Shown here piece by piece: positions 36,663-45,626 of a stretch of 48,800 bases of DNA (position 1 is its first letter; each line of letters opens with the position of its first letter). Made by a program: the position numbers and the translations under genes. The notes beneath the pieces were generated by a model. It was not told the DNA's origin. It saw only the letters and a list, made by a program, of their open reading frames with translations, and searched no databases. This stretch comes from a bacterium (GTDB taxonomy: Bacteria; SZUA-182; DTGQ01; JAFGSM01): the NCBI GenBank assembly GCA_049472295.1, contig JBLIRM010000002.1, positions 1 through 48,800 on the forward strand. The letters run 5' to 3'.

Positions 36663-37500
36663 AAATACCCGGATTCGAATCGGCAACCAGACCGCCTTTG
36701 TGGTCAATAACCCCATGATTCCTTTTGAATATGCCGTACATAACGGCTTCGATGCATTCGAGTGGTTTGCTGACGGAAAGGAACCCGGCAGGGATTTCAG
36801 CCCAATGGACATGGATGAAGGGTGTCGCCATTATATCAGGGATACGGCCCGCACCCATGATATCAGGCTCTCCGTCCATGCCCCCTGGTGGGCTGATCCC
36901 TGCAAATCCAAAGGCCGTGCATTGATCATGAAATCCCTTGCATTTGCAGGGGATATTGATGCTGCGCTCTTCAATATCCATCTTTTTCCGGATAAGGGAA
37001 TCGAGACCTATATCAGGTCCATGACGGATCTCATCAACAGCACTGCAAAGATGGGACTCCAGCTTTCCATAGAAAATACCCCTCAGACACTGCCCGAGGA
37101 TTTCAATCGGATGTTCAAACTCTTTAAAAACATAGGCATCCAACAAACGGCACATGTGGGGATGTGTCTGGACCTGGGACATGCCAATCTGTGCGATCCG
37201 ACACGCAATGATTATCTGAGCTTCATGGACAGGCTGGATGGAGAGGTGCCCATCATTCATATCCATCTCCACGAGAATTATGGCGATCGGGACAGTCACT
37301 TGACGGTTCTTACCGGGCCCTCCAAAAAGGATAAGAAAGGGTTGCACGAGTTTGTGAAGCGGCTCAAAAAACGCAATTTTTCAGGGGCCATAATTCTTGA
37401 GCAATGGCCGGACCCACCATATTTACTCAACCAGGCCCGGGACTGGCTTCGGAGATTGTTCGAAGACGAGAGTTGCCGGTTTGGGCACAAAAGGGAATAA
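36649..37500 (+). CDS. sugar phosphate isomerase/epimerase (xylose-isomerase-like TIM barrel)
   Basis: Start at ATG 36649, overlapping the GWD-like stop. SVHAPW, NIHLF, LSIENTP, LDLGHANL, IHIHLHENYGDRDSHL and IILEQW are typical of the AP_endonuc_2 TIM-barrel family. Confidence 0.75.
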   Translation: MSQNKNTRIRIGNQTAFVVNNPMIPFEYAVHNGFDAFEWFADGKEPGRDFSPMDMDEGCRHYIRDTARTHDIRLSVHAPWWADPCKSKGRALIMKSLAFAGDIDAALFNIHLFPDKGIETYIRSMTDLINSTAKMGLQLSIENTPQTLPEDFNRMFKLFKNIGIQQTAHVGMCLDLGHANLCDPTRNDYLSFMDRLDGEVPIIHIHLHENYGDRDSHLTVLTGPSKKDKKGLHEFVKRLKKRNFSGAIILEQWPDPPYLLNQARDWLRRLFEDESCRFGHKRE

Positions 37501-37520
37501 ACACATCAAAGAAAGGGGGA

Positions 37521-37940
37521 ATGGCGATGAATGTCAAGTCACCAAAATTGACAGCATTCGCATTATGTCTGGCAATGGTTGGATTGTTTCTATCGAAGGC
37601 CATGGCTTCTGATATGATTCCCAGGATAAGCAAAGAAGAACTCAAGGTGCTTATTGACTATACGGATGTGACCATTCTGGATGTGCGCACAGACAAAGAC
37701 TGGAAATCCAGCGAATTCAAAATCAAGGGGGCAGTCAAGGAGGACCCCGGGGCTTTCAAATCCTGGGCCAATGGATATCCAAAAAACCAGACCATCATCT
37801 TATATTGTGCCTGTCCCAATGAGGCAACAAGTATCAGTCTGGCAAAGCAGCTTATGGAAAAGGGATATACAAAGGTTTACGCGCTCAAGGAAGGCTGGAC
37901 AAAATGGCTTAAAGCCAAATATCCTGTTGCTAAAAAATAG
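37521..37940 (+). CDS. secreted single-domain rhodanese-like protein
   Basis: Start at ATG 37521 (AAAGGGGG RBS). Signal peptide LTAFALCLAMVGLFLSKAMA. ILDVRTDKDW...IKGA...IILYCACPNEATS gives the rhodanese active-site loop with Cys. Confidence 0.75.
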   Translation: MAMNVKSPKLTAFALCLAMVGLFLSKAMASDMIPRISKEELKVLIDYTDVTILDVRTDKDWKSSEFKIKGAVKEDPGAFKSWANGYPKNQTIILYCACPNEATSISLAKQLMEKGYTKVYALKEGWTKWLKAKYPVAKK

Positions 37941-37968
37941 TTGTATATCAAGTCATGAGGAGAAAAAA

Positions 37969-38316
37969 ATGCCATTGATCAAACTTCAGACCTCAGTCCA
38001 TATTTCAGATGATCAGGAAGGGGATTTTATCGTGTCCTTGTCCCGGATCATTTCTGAATGCATTGGCAAACCTGAAAGATATGTCATGGTCACCATCGAT
38101 GAAACACCCATCATGATGGCCGGCGAACCCGGGAATGCCGCCTTTGCAGATGTGCGAAGTATCGGTGGGCTGAATTCAGATGTAAAGGCCAGGCTTTCGC
38201 AAAAGATTTGTAAATTGCTCCAGGAATCCCTGATGATTCCGAATGATAGGGTTTATATCAATTTCGCAGACATATCGGCTGATAACTGGGGATGGAATGG
38301 GTCCACCTTTGGATAA
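37969..38316 (+). CDS. MIF / tautomerase-superfamily protein (Pro-1 tautomerase)
   Basis: 115 aa starting MPLIKLQT (Pro-1), then GKPERYVMV...AFADVRSIGGL...RVYINF...NWGWNGSTF. This is the macrophage-migration-inhibitory-factor family pattern. GAGGAG RBS. Confidence 0.75.
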   Translation: MPLIKLQTSVHISDDQEGDFIVSLSRIISECIGKPERYVMVTIDETPIMMAGEPGNAAFADVRSIGGLNSDVKARLSQKICKLLQESLMIPNDRVYINFADISADNWGWNGSTFG

Positions 38317-38468
38317 GGATCTTTTTTGATCTCAAACATGGAAATCTGTTATAATATTGAATAACTTATTGAAGTGGATTTATTCGCCATAGTGAACGCT
38401 TCGTATTTCTTTTTTAAACATATCTAAATCAACGCAATATCAAACTGTTTTCAGAACAAGTTGATTAA

Positions 38469-38533
38469 CTCTGTGTCCTCCGTGCTCTCTGTGGTTTAAA
38501 AATGTTACCACAGAGGACACAGAGAACACGGAG
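38469..38533. repeat. long imperfect hairpin built from CTCTGTG-like short units
   Basis: CTCTGTGTCCTCCGTGCTCTCTGTGGT, an 11-nt loop, then ACCACAGAGGACACAGAGAACACGGAG. About 22 of 27 positions can pair if two G-U pairs are allowed. It lies in the 330-nt gap after the MIF-like gene. Confidence 0.6.
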
Positions 38534-38648
38534 TATTTTGTAAACATTGGATTTTAGCCTGAACCGGTCTATAATCCATCTGAAATCAGTTCGATTATAC
38601 AAATCAACAAAAATTCGTCTTCAGGGGAAAGGATTCCAAGGAGAGGCA

Positions 38649-39413
38649 ATGACTGAAAGGCTTTATAAAATAGTTTTCGAAGGGGAGATCATGGAAGGTC
38701 ATGTCCAAGAGGAGGCTAAAAAGGCGCTTTCCAGGATCTTTCAATGGGATCTGGAAAGGATTGATGAACTCTGTTCACTTACCCCTTTGGTCATCGCCGA
38801 TGGAGTAGATTATCAGACTGCCATGAAATATAATGAGCCTTTCAAGAATGCGGGATTCATATGCAAAATCGATCCTTCTGAAAAGATGAACGCCTCTTCC
38901 GTGCCATCCCCACCCAAAGATCCGGTCACATTAAAAGCTCAGAAGGACGAACTTTATAAATACTTCTATCATGTTTATTCACAGGCAAAAAAAGACACAG
39001 GCAGAAGACACACACTTGTCATGACATATATTGTCATGATCCTCTTGTTAATCTCCTCTTTCATGATTGCTGCTTTTATGGAGGAATATGTCTTAGTCAT
39101 TGGCATTGGTGTCTTTGTTGCGTTTTTTATAGGGATCATAGGGCATCTGATCAATAAGAAAAAAAAGAAAAGTGCCTCTGTAAAGGCAGCCCGATTGTTC
39201 GAAAAATATATTTCTCTGGAAGATAAAGAGAATCTTCCACTCTTTCTCGCAGCTCTGGTAACATGGGCGGAAAATATCCCTTTTTTTGACCATGCGAAGG
39301 AGGAGATGCTCTCTGTCTGTGATGAGATCGCTATTGTCAATTCCAAGGATAACGAGGCGTTCAAAGGATATCTGGCAAAACTCAGCGAACTGGATGAGCA
39401 GAATTCCGGTTGA
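38649..39413 (+). CDS. hypothetical membrane protein (soluble N-domain, two TM, C-terminal domain)
   Basis: Start at ATG 38649 (AAGGAGAGG RBS). The N-terminal ~75 aa read YKIVFEGEI..GHVQEEAKKALSRIF...ADGVDYQTAMKYNEPFKNAGFICKI. Two hydrophobic segments follow, then a K-rich stop-transfer. Confidence 0.55.
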   Translation: MTERLYKIVFEGEIMEGHVQEEAKKALSRIFQWDLERIDELCSLTPLVIADGVDYQTAMKYNEPFKNAGFICKIDPSEKMNASSVPSPPKDPVTLKAQKDELYKYFYHVYSQAKKDTGRRHTLVMTYIVMILLLISSFMIAAFMEEYVLVIGIGVFVAFFIGIIGHLINKKKKKSASVKAARLFEKYISLEDKENLPLFLAALVTWAENIPFFDHAKEEMLSVCDEIAIVNSKDNEAFKGYLAKLSELDEQNSG

Positions 39414-39493
39414 TTGAATCCACAGGGACCGGACCCATTGGACAAGGGCCAGGTCCAATAACCCTGGATTGACCAAAAAGGATTTTGAGACGT

Positions 39494-40138
39494 CTATTGA
39501 CGATTGCGGTATAGTTTGGGATCCACTGCAGCAGTCATCCTCGCCTCATCAAGTTTTTCTTCCAAAAACCTGTAGATCTTTTTTGCCGCCACCTTTGGAT
39601 CAGACAATATATCCCGGTGATTAATATAGAGGACCTCAAACCATGGCTTATCAAGCACAACATGTTTTATCTTCCAGAGATGGCTCTCGAAATTCCTGAT
39701 CATCCCTTTACCGCCATCCGGGTCTAACGGCTTGCCCCGGTTTACGAGCATCTTGTTCTGAGAGGCGATCACCTCTTCAAGATTGCGTTCAATAAAGATC
39801 ACCTTATAATGATTACTTTCCGGCAGGTACTTCAAAAAGTAAGAGACGATCTTGACTGCCTTTCCCCGCAATGGCTTCAACCATGATTTATCTGAATCTT
39901 TGTCCAGTTCCTTGACCCTTTCCAGTTCATAATAACCCTTTGGATTGTCGTCATCCGCAGTCCGAACGCCATCGGAAATGATCTCCATGCCTCCGGCCTC
40001 CAGCATCTTCATCAACATGGATGTACCGGAGCGCGGCAGACCGGAGACAATGACTATGGGCTGACCGTATTTGATCTTATTTAAAAGGGATTTAAAGGCC
40101 ATCGGTAAATTATAGATAATTTTCAACGAAAAGTACAA
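39494..40138 (-). CDS. sulfotransferase-family protein
   Basis: IVIVSGLPRSGTSMLMKML is a 5'-PSB-like P-loop, and a later FIERNLEEVIASQ is 3'-PB-like. The true start may be the ATG at 40102. Confidence 0.65.
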   Translation of the reverse strand: MYFSLKIIYNLPMAFKSLLNKIKYGQPIVIVSGLPRSGTSMLMKMLEAGGMEIISDGVRTADDDNPKGYYELERVKELDKDSDKSWLKPLRGKAVKIVSYFLKYLPESNHYKVIFIERNLEEVIASQNKMLVNRGKPLDPDGGKGMIRNFESHLWKIKHVVLDKPWFEVLYINHRDILSDPKVAAKKIYRFLEEKLDEARMTAAVDPKLYRNRQ

Positions 40139-40405
40139 CTCATTTGCCTTTGAATTTTCCTTTTTATATCCTTATTATATTAAATACCAAAAGTGAGTTG
40201 TGAGCGCACAGGCAAGTCATTAACACCAAAACGAGTCGTCATTGTGATAGATTTAGATCGAAATAGTCTCAAAACTGGGTTACTTTGATCTGCTCTCAAG
40301 AACATACTATAATATCGAATTATTTAAATTGTTTACTATCATGTAATAAACGGATTGCAAAGATCATGAGAGGTCATATAAAGGATTTTCACATCTAAGA
40401 GGGGC

Positions 40406-41173
40406 ATGGTTATGCATGATTTTTTGGTAAAAAAGTATCGTTACTTTTTGAAAGACAGTGTTCGGAAGACGATCGATTTTTCCCAAACCGATCAAAGCAA
40501 GGGCGTACCAGCGCCTCCTGTTGAAAAACCATTCCCCCAGGATGCGAAACGAATTGATCTGATTCCGAATACAGCATGGAAAAACATCAAAAACGTTGGA
40601 ATGATATCCGCCATAGAGCATCGTAAAAGCCGAAGGGATTTCCTTAATGAATCCATGAGTCTTGAGGAACTCTCTTTTCTGCTCTGGGCCACTCAGGGAA
40701 TCCGGGAAAAATTCGATAAAAGCACCGCATTAAGGACAGTACCATCCGCAGGGGCCCGCCATGCATTTGAGACATACCTGTGCGTTTTCAATATCCAGGG
40801 CCTTGATGCGGCCTTTTACCGATATCTTCCGCTGGAACACCAGCTTCTATTTGAATTCAAAGAAGAAAATGCAGCAGAAAAGATCACGGGAGCGACATTC
40901 GGGCAATCCTTTATCGGAGAGAGTGCCGTCACTTTCATTTGGACAGCACTGCCCTATCGTATGGAGTGGCGCTATAGCCTGGCGGCCCATAAGGTCATAG
41001 CCCTTGACGCCGGGCATGTGTGCCAGAATCTTTATTTGGCATGTGAATCCATAGGTGCCGGAACTTGTGCGATCGCCGCTTATAACCAGGAGGCAATGGA
41101 TCAACTCCTAAAGATCAACGGAGAAGATGAATTTACAATCTACCTAGCACCTGTCGGTAAAATTAAAGATTGA
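40406..41173 (+). CDS. SagB-type dehydrogenase / nitroreductase-family protein
   Basis: IEHRKSRRDF, LSFLLWATQG, RTVPSAGARHAFETYL and LDAGHVCQNLYLACESIGAGTCAIAAY fit the SagB/ThcOx nitroreductase pattern. Confidence 0.75.
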   Translation: MVMHDFLVKKYRYFLKDSVRKTIDFSQTDQSKGVPAPPVEKPFPQDAKRIDLIPNTAWKNIKNVGMISAIEHRKSRRDFLNESMSLEELSFLLWATQGIREKFDKSTALRTVPSAGARHAFETYLCVFNIQGLDAAFYRYLPLEHQLLFEFKEENAAEKITGATFGQSFIGESAVTFIWTALPYRMEWRYSLAAHKVIALDAGHVCQNLYLACESIGAGTCAIAAYNQEAMDQLLKINGEDEFTIYLAPVGKIKD

Positions 41174-41769
41174 TGGATTCCTTTTCAGTGAATAACGGCA
41201 GAAAGATATTTTTACTCGCTTTCTCTATTTTCTTTCTCTTATGCGGCTACATGAGAATCGCAGAAGCCCAACAGAAATGGTCCATTACTGCCTATGGTGC
41301 CTTACTCTCAATCGCTCCAATCGAAAAGGCCCTGGTCAACTTTGACGATATCGAAGAATCCTATCAATTTGTTGCTCTGGCTTTGGGAAGAGGGATTGGC
41401 TCCTATAAGAAAATCCATTTCGAGATGGAGGGCCAGATTGTCAAACACCTCGGGGATCAACATCATATGGAATTTAATGCGGCCATTATTGCCCGCTTGT
41501 TAAATTTCCCATGGGAGAATACGAGTCTTGCCGTCGGGGAGGGCCTCTCCATGGCATCCAGAAAGCCCAAATTCGAAAAAGAGATCCATGAAGGCAAAGC
41601 CTCTGCACTCTTGAACTATCTGATGTTTGAATTTGCTTTTTCATTGCCCGACGCCCCAAGATGGAAAGTGATTGCACGACTTCATCACAGATCCGGAGTG
41701 AACGGGCTTTTCAATGACATCTCAGGAGGATCCAACGCCCTGGGGATGGGGATCAGATATAAATTTTAA
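41173..41769 (+). CDS. outer-membrane beta-barrel protein, possibly acyloxyacyl hydrolase (PagL-like)
   Basis: Signal peptide ending AEA/QQ, a C-terminal ...GMGIRYKF with terminal Phe, and RLHHRSGVNG, which resembles the PagL H-x-S motif. The family assignment is weak. Confidence 0.4.
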   Translation: MDSFSVNNGRKIFLLAFSIFFLLCGYMRIAEAQQKWSITAYGALLSIAPIEKALVNFDDIEESYQFVALALGRGIGSYKKIHFEMEGQIVKHLGDQHHMEFNAAIIARLLNFPWENTSLAVGEGLSMASRKPKFEKEIHEGKASALLNYLMFEFAFSLPDAPRWKVIARLHHRSGVNGLFNDISGGSNALGMGIRYKF

Positions 41770-41770
41770 A

Positions 41771-42697
41771 ATGAACCACTTTCATCCAGACCAAAACAAA
41801 CAAGACTCTTCAGAGATAGTGAAGATTACATGGATCGGACTTGCCGTAAATATCTTTCTTGCAATACTTAAATTTACAGTTGGTTTCCTGGGTTACAGTC
41901 ATGCGGTTATCGCCGATGCCTTCCACAGTCTATCGGACATGGGTACGGATTTTGCCGTGCTTTTTGGTGTCAGGCTCTGGTCGGCCCCGGCCGATTATAA
42001 CCATCCTTATGGTCATGGAAGGATCGAGGCGATCTTTACTTCGATCATTGGCATTGTTCTCGCAATCTTCGCAATCGGTATCGGCTATAACGCCCTTGCA
42101 AACATCCCGGTGATCCATTTAAAACAGCCGAAATGGATTGCCATTACAGGATCACTGATATCCATTATACTCAAGGAGACATTATTTCGATTTACAGTAT
42201 CCGTCGGAAAACGGACCAGATCCTCTGCAGTGGTGGCCAATGCCTGGCACCATCGCTCAGATGCACTGAGTTCTATTCCGGCATTGATTGCGGTATCCCT
42301 GGCTGTAATCAATCCAAAACTGGCATTTATCGACAAGGTAGGAGCACTGATTGTATCCATCTTTATCCTCAAAATTGCCTGGGACATTACCCTGCCCTGC
42401 CTCGTAGAGCTATCGGATTCCAGTGCACCCCAGAGATATTACGAAAAAATCGGCTCTATCACCATGAGCATCAACGGAGTTATGGCGGTTCATGCCATTC
42501 GCACCAGAAAATTCGGATCGGGGCTGCATGTGGACCTCCATGTCCTGGTGGATGGGAGAATAAGCGTAAAAAAGGGGCATGAGATCTCGGAAGAGGTGAA
42601 GCATATCCTTCTGGAAAAAATACCCGAAATCCTGGATGTGGTCATCCATCTGGAGCCGTATAACTGGGACGAATTGAGCAAACCCGACCATCAATAG
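41771..42697 (+). CDS. cation diffusion facilitator (CDF) family metal efflux transporter
   Basis: Start at ATG 41771. VIADAFHSLSDM in TM2, HHRSDALSS in TM5, and a C-terminal cytoplasmic domain VHAIRTRKFGSGLHVDLHVLVD. Confidence 0.85.
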   Translation: MNHFHPDQNKQDSSEIVKITWIGLAVNIFLAILKFTVGFLGYSHAVIADAFHSLSDMGTDFAVLFGVRLWSAPADYNHPYGHGRIEAIFTSIIGIVLAIFAIGIGYNALANIPVIHLKQPKWIAITGSLISIILKETLFRFTVSVGKRTRSSAVVANAWHHRSDALSSIPALIAVSLAVINPKLAFIDKVGALIVSIFILKIAWDITLPCLVELSDSSAPQRYYEKIGSITMSINGVMAVHAIRTRKFGSGLHVDLHVLVDGRISVKKGHEISEEVKHILLEKIPEILDVVIHLEPYNWDELSKPDHQ

Positions 42698-42709
42698 GGG
42701 AGGAAAACG

Positions 42710-43222
42710 ATGAATATGGAAATCTTTCAGGGTATGGATGCCCCGGCTCTCAAAAAATATCTGGAATTTCTTCTCTGGCATTACAGGGTAGTTGACGCCT
42801 TCTGGTTCATCTATGTGGGTGAACGTTTTGACCAGACAACTTCTGAAGAAATCAATGAAAGGGTATGGGCACGCGTGAGCAGCATGGCGGCTAAGGATCT
42901 GGTATCCAGATTCCAAATCCAGGAAAAGGGCCTGAAAGGATTTGTAAAGGCCCAAAAACTCTTCCCATGGTGCATCATTGTCGGTTACGATATCTGGGAA
43001 TCAGAGAATGAGGTGATCATATCCGTGCCCTCTTGCCCCACCCAGGAGGCCAGATTGAAACGAGGACTGGGTGAATATGTCTGTAAGGAGATGCATCGTG
43101 AAGAGTTTACAAACTTTGCCCGGGCTATTGATGATCGAATCAGAGTGGAATGCCTTTTTGCCCCCCCGGATCCCCACCCTGAAAATATGTTCTGCAAGTG
43201 GCGCTTTTATCTTGAAAAATAA
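42710..43222 (+). CDS. hypothetical cytoplasmic protein with conserved Cys residues
   Basis: 170 aa, GGGAGG RBS. SCPTQEA...YVCKEMH...ECLF...FCKW. It vaguely resembles ATC-hydrolase-like/DUF6125 small proteins, but I cannot confirm that. Confidence 0.5.
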   Translation: MNMEIFQGMDAPALKKYLEFLLWHYRVVDAFWFIYVGERFDQTTSEEINERVWARVSSMAAKDLVSRFQIQEKGLKGFVKAQKLFPWCIIVGYDIWESENEVIISVPSCPTQEARLKRGLGEYVCKEMHREEFTNFARAIDDRIRVECLFAPPDPHPENMFCKWRFYLEK

Positions 43223-43382
43223 CAATTAAGGCTGTTGTATTCTGCAAAATCACCTCAAGGCATACACCCTCCTATCTTACAGAATCCGAGTCCATTAAAT
43301 CACTATAATCTTTATCCATGATTTTGACGACATAATAGATATATGGGATATCCATAACCCTTAAGGTGTGCTTTATTTTGCT

Positions 43383-43518
43383 GTCATTGCGAGAAGGCCG
43401 AAGGCCGACGTGGCAATCTCTTTTCATGTCATTGAGAGGAATGATATATCAAGCCAATCTGAGATTGCTTCGGGCTATGCCATCTCAATGACAAATAAAA
43501 CAGCCTCTCAATGACAAT
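43383..43518. repeat. nested palindromic intergenic repeat, copy C
   Basis: GTCATTGCGAGAAGGCCGAAGGCCGACGTGGCAATCTC (43383-43420) faces GAGATTGCTTCGGGCTATGCCATCTCAATGAC (43461-43492). A second pair is GTCATTGAGAGG (43428-43439) and CCTCTCAATGAC (43504-43515). Confidence 0.75.
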
Positions 43519-43632
43519 ACTGGCAAAGCATTTTTTATTGGCCCTATGCAAAGCGCAGGGCTTTATAAATGAGTAAAAAATAATGAGGATTAAGACTTAT
43601 CTGAATTGAAAGGAGAAGGAAAGGAGAATCCT

Positions 43633-44853
43633 ATGGAACAGATCGATTTTGATGCCTATTCTCCCGCGCAAATGGCTGCGCGGGTTGAAAAGGCAGGGAT
43701 AACAAAGGGGAATCTGGATTTTTTCTCCACTTTTGTGCTTGCCATGATGGCCGGTGTTTTTATCGCACTGGGAGGGGTCTTGTATATCTATGTGATTCAT
43801 GATTCCACATTGAGCCTCGGCCTCACAAAGCTCCTGGGCGGGGTGGTCTTCTGCCTCGGCCTGATTCTGGTCATTGTGGCCGGAGCGGAATTGTTCACAG
43901 GTAACAATCTCATTGTCATGGCCTATGTCAGCCGAAAGATCACCCTGGAGCAGCTCCTTCGTAACTGGTCTATAGTTTTCGCCGGCAATCTGATCGGTTC
44001 CCTGGCGATCGTTTTTCTGATACTCTTTACAGGTCAATGGAGCGCAGGAGGAGCCATGGTGGGCATTAAGACCCTCATGATCGCCAATTCAAAGGTCAAT
44101 CTCACATTCTATCAGGCCGTGTCCAGAGGGATTCTGTGTAACATGTTAGTCTGCCTGGCTGTTTGGCTTTGCTTCAGTGGAAGATCCGTAACGGACAAAA
44201 TCCTTGCCATTATATTCCCTATCACAGCTTTTGTGGCCCTGGGATTTGAACACTCTGTGGCCAATATGTATTTTATCCCGGCCGGTCTCCTGGTGAGGCA
44301 AAGCCAACAGGTGCTGGCAGCCGCACAGATCGCAATAGGGAATGTGCCCGACCTGTCCAGGCTGACCATATCCGGCTTCTTCCTATATAATCTACTGCCG
44401 GTCACCATCGGTAACATCATTGGCGGAAGCATCTTTGTCGCTTCGATTTACTGGTTTGTCTATCTGAGACGTTCCGCAGCCGAACCCGTCCGGCGATGTA
44501 TGACGAGCGGACCTCCGACGGTATCACTGGGCAGCACTGTGGCTGAAGCCGTTCGAGTCATGAAAGAGCATACCTCCGGCAGTGTCCTGGTGGGAGACAG
44601 GGAAAGGGCTGTGGGGATCCTGAGTGAGGAGGATATTGTATATAAGGTGGTGGGTCAGAATAAAAATCCGGCCTCAGTAAAAGTGGAGGATGTGATGAGC
44701 AGCCCCTTGGTCTCCGTGGATATCAAGAGACCTGTATATGAGATTTACCGCACAATGGCGGAACACCACATTCGACATCTACTGATCACGGATTCGGAAA
44801 AACAGGTGGGTTTTGTGTCGGTGAGGGATCTGCTCAGGAACCCCATCATCTGA
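43633..44853 (+). CDS. formate/nitrite transporter (FNT) family channel fused to a C-terminal CBS-domain pair
   Basis: Start at ATG 43633 (AAGGAG RBS). FNT hallmarks are GAELFTGN and LGFEHSVANMYFIP (central His). The last ~130 aa (MTSGPPTVSLGSTVAEAVRVMKEH...VGILSEEDIV...VMSSPLVSVDIKRPVYEIYRTMAEHHIRHLLI...GFVSVRDLL) form two CBS motifs. Confidence 0.85.
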   Translation: MEQIDFDAYSPAQMAARVEKAGITKGNLDFFSTFVLAMMAGVFIALGGVLYIYVIHDSTLSLGLTKLLGGVVFCLGLILVIVAGAELFTGNNLIVMAYVSRKITLEQLLRNWSIVFAGNLIGSLAIVFLILFTGQWSAGGAMVGIKTLMIANSKVNLTFYQAVSRGILCNMLVCLAVWLCFSGRSVTDKILAIIFPITAFVALGFEHSVANMYFIPAGLLVRQSQQVLAAAQIAIGNVPDLSRLTISGFFLYNLLPVTIGNIIGGSIFVASIYWFVYLRRSAAEPVRRCMTSGPPTVSLGSTVAEAVRVMKEHTSGSVLVGDRERAVGILSEEDIVYKVVGQNKNPASVKVEDVMSSPLVSVDIKRPVYEIYRTMAEHHIRHLLITDSEKQVGFVSVRDLLRNPII

Positions 44854-44886
44854 AATATCTCTAGTGAGAGAAAGGGGGATATAAAC

Positions 44887-45591
44887 ATGTCGGAAAATAC
44901 CCATGGATGGATCAAGATCGTGATCATATGCTTCCTGATTTTTGCCCTCTTAGTTATTGCAGGGGGATATGTTGGGTATCGGAAAGTGAAGGAAAAAGGA
45001 CCACATATTATTGCAAGGTTGATTGAAATATCCGCGGAAGGTATCTTTGTTCAAATCAGACTGCCGGACGAAGAGCAGAGGGCAGCCATGAACGCCATCC
45101 ATGATTTTACCCAGGATATCCGCGAGGGAAAGGTCAAGCTTCAGCAAGGAAAGAGGATCGCAAAGGCATTGAGCGATAAGGCTCTAATGGGGGCCATACT
45201 GATCCGAAGTTTCGAGTCCCAATATGTCCACCTATCTTCATTGGGAGATGCTGAAAAAGGGGCGGCTCATCAGACCCTGACCCGTTTCGCGCATGGAGTG
45301 ATTGATGGTAAAATCCCAAGGGATAGGCTCGATACCATCCTGAATATGATCTCTGAAGACCAGGGAAATAGCAATGGCAATCGCAGACTCAAGAATGCCA
45401 TTTCTGAAGAGGAACTGAAGGATGTCCTTTTGAATATGAAGGATGCAGCGGATCAAGCACAAATTGAGAACCGTGCATACGAGATCGATATTGCGGAGAT
45501 TATTCGCAAAGCCATTAAAAAGGGCATGACAGAAAACAGGGAAGCAGAATATACACCCAGGGATCTTTCTTTTTGGGTATCCAGAGCTTAA
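44887..45591 (+). CDS. hypothetical single-pass membrane protein
   Basis: 234 aa. N-terminal TM (WIKIVIICFLIFALLVIAGGYVGY), helical charged remainder, AAAGGGGG RBS. Confidence 0.55.
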   Translation: MSENTHGWIKIVIICFLIFALLVIAGGYVGYRKVKEKGPHIIARLIEISAEGIFVQIRLPDEEQRAAMNAIHDFTQDIREGKVKLQQGKRIAKALSDKALMGAILIRSFESQYVHLSSLGDAEKGAAHQTLTRFAHGVIDGKIPRDRLDTILNMISEDQGNSNGNRRLKNAISEEELKDVLLNMKDAADQAQIENRAYEIDIAEIIRKAIKKGMTENREAEYTPRDLSFWVSRA

Positions 45592-45626
45592 AAGAGGATC
45601 ATGATACACCGATAGGAAATCCTTCC

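Noticed and set aside
40406-41173. SagB-type dehydrogenase as a marker of a thiazole/oxazole-modified microcin (TOMM) cluster
   Set aside because: There is no YcaO cyclodehydratase, no E1-like partner and no Cys/Ser/Thr-rich small ORF nearby. The neighbours are a sulfotransferase, an outer-membrane protein and a CDF transporter. Stand-alone SagB-like nitroreductases are common.
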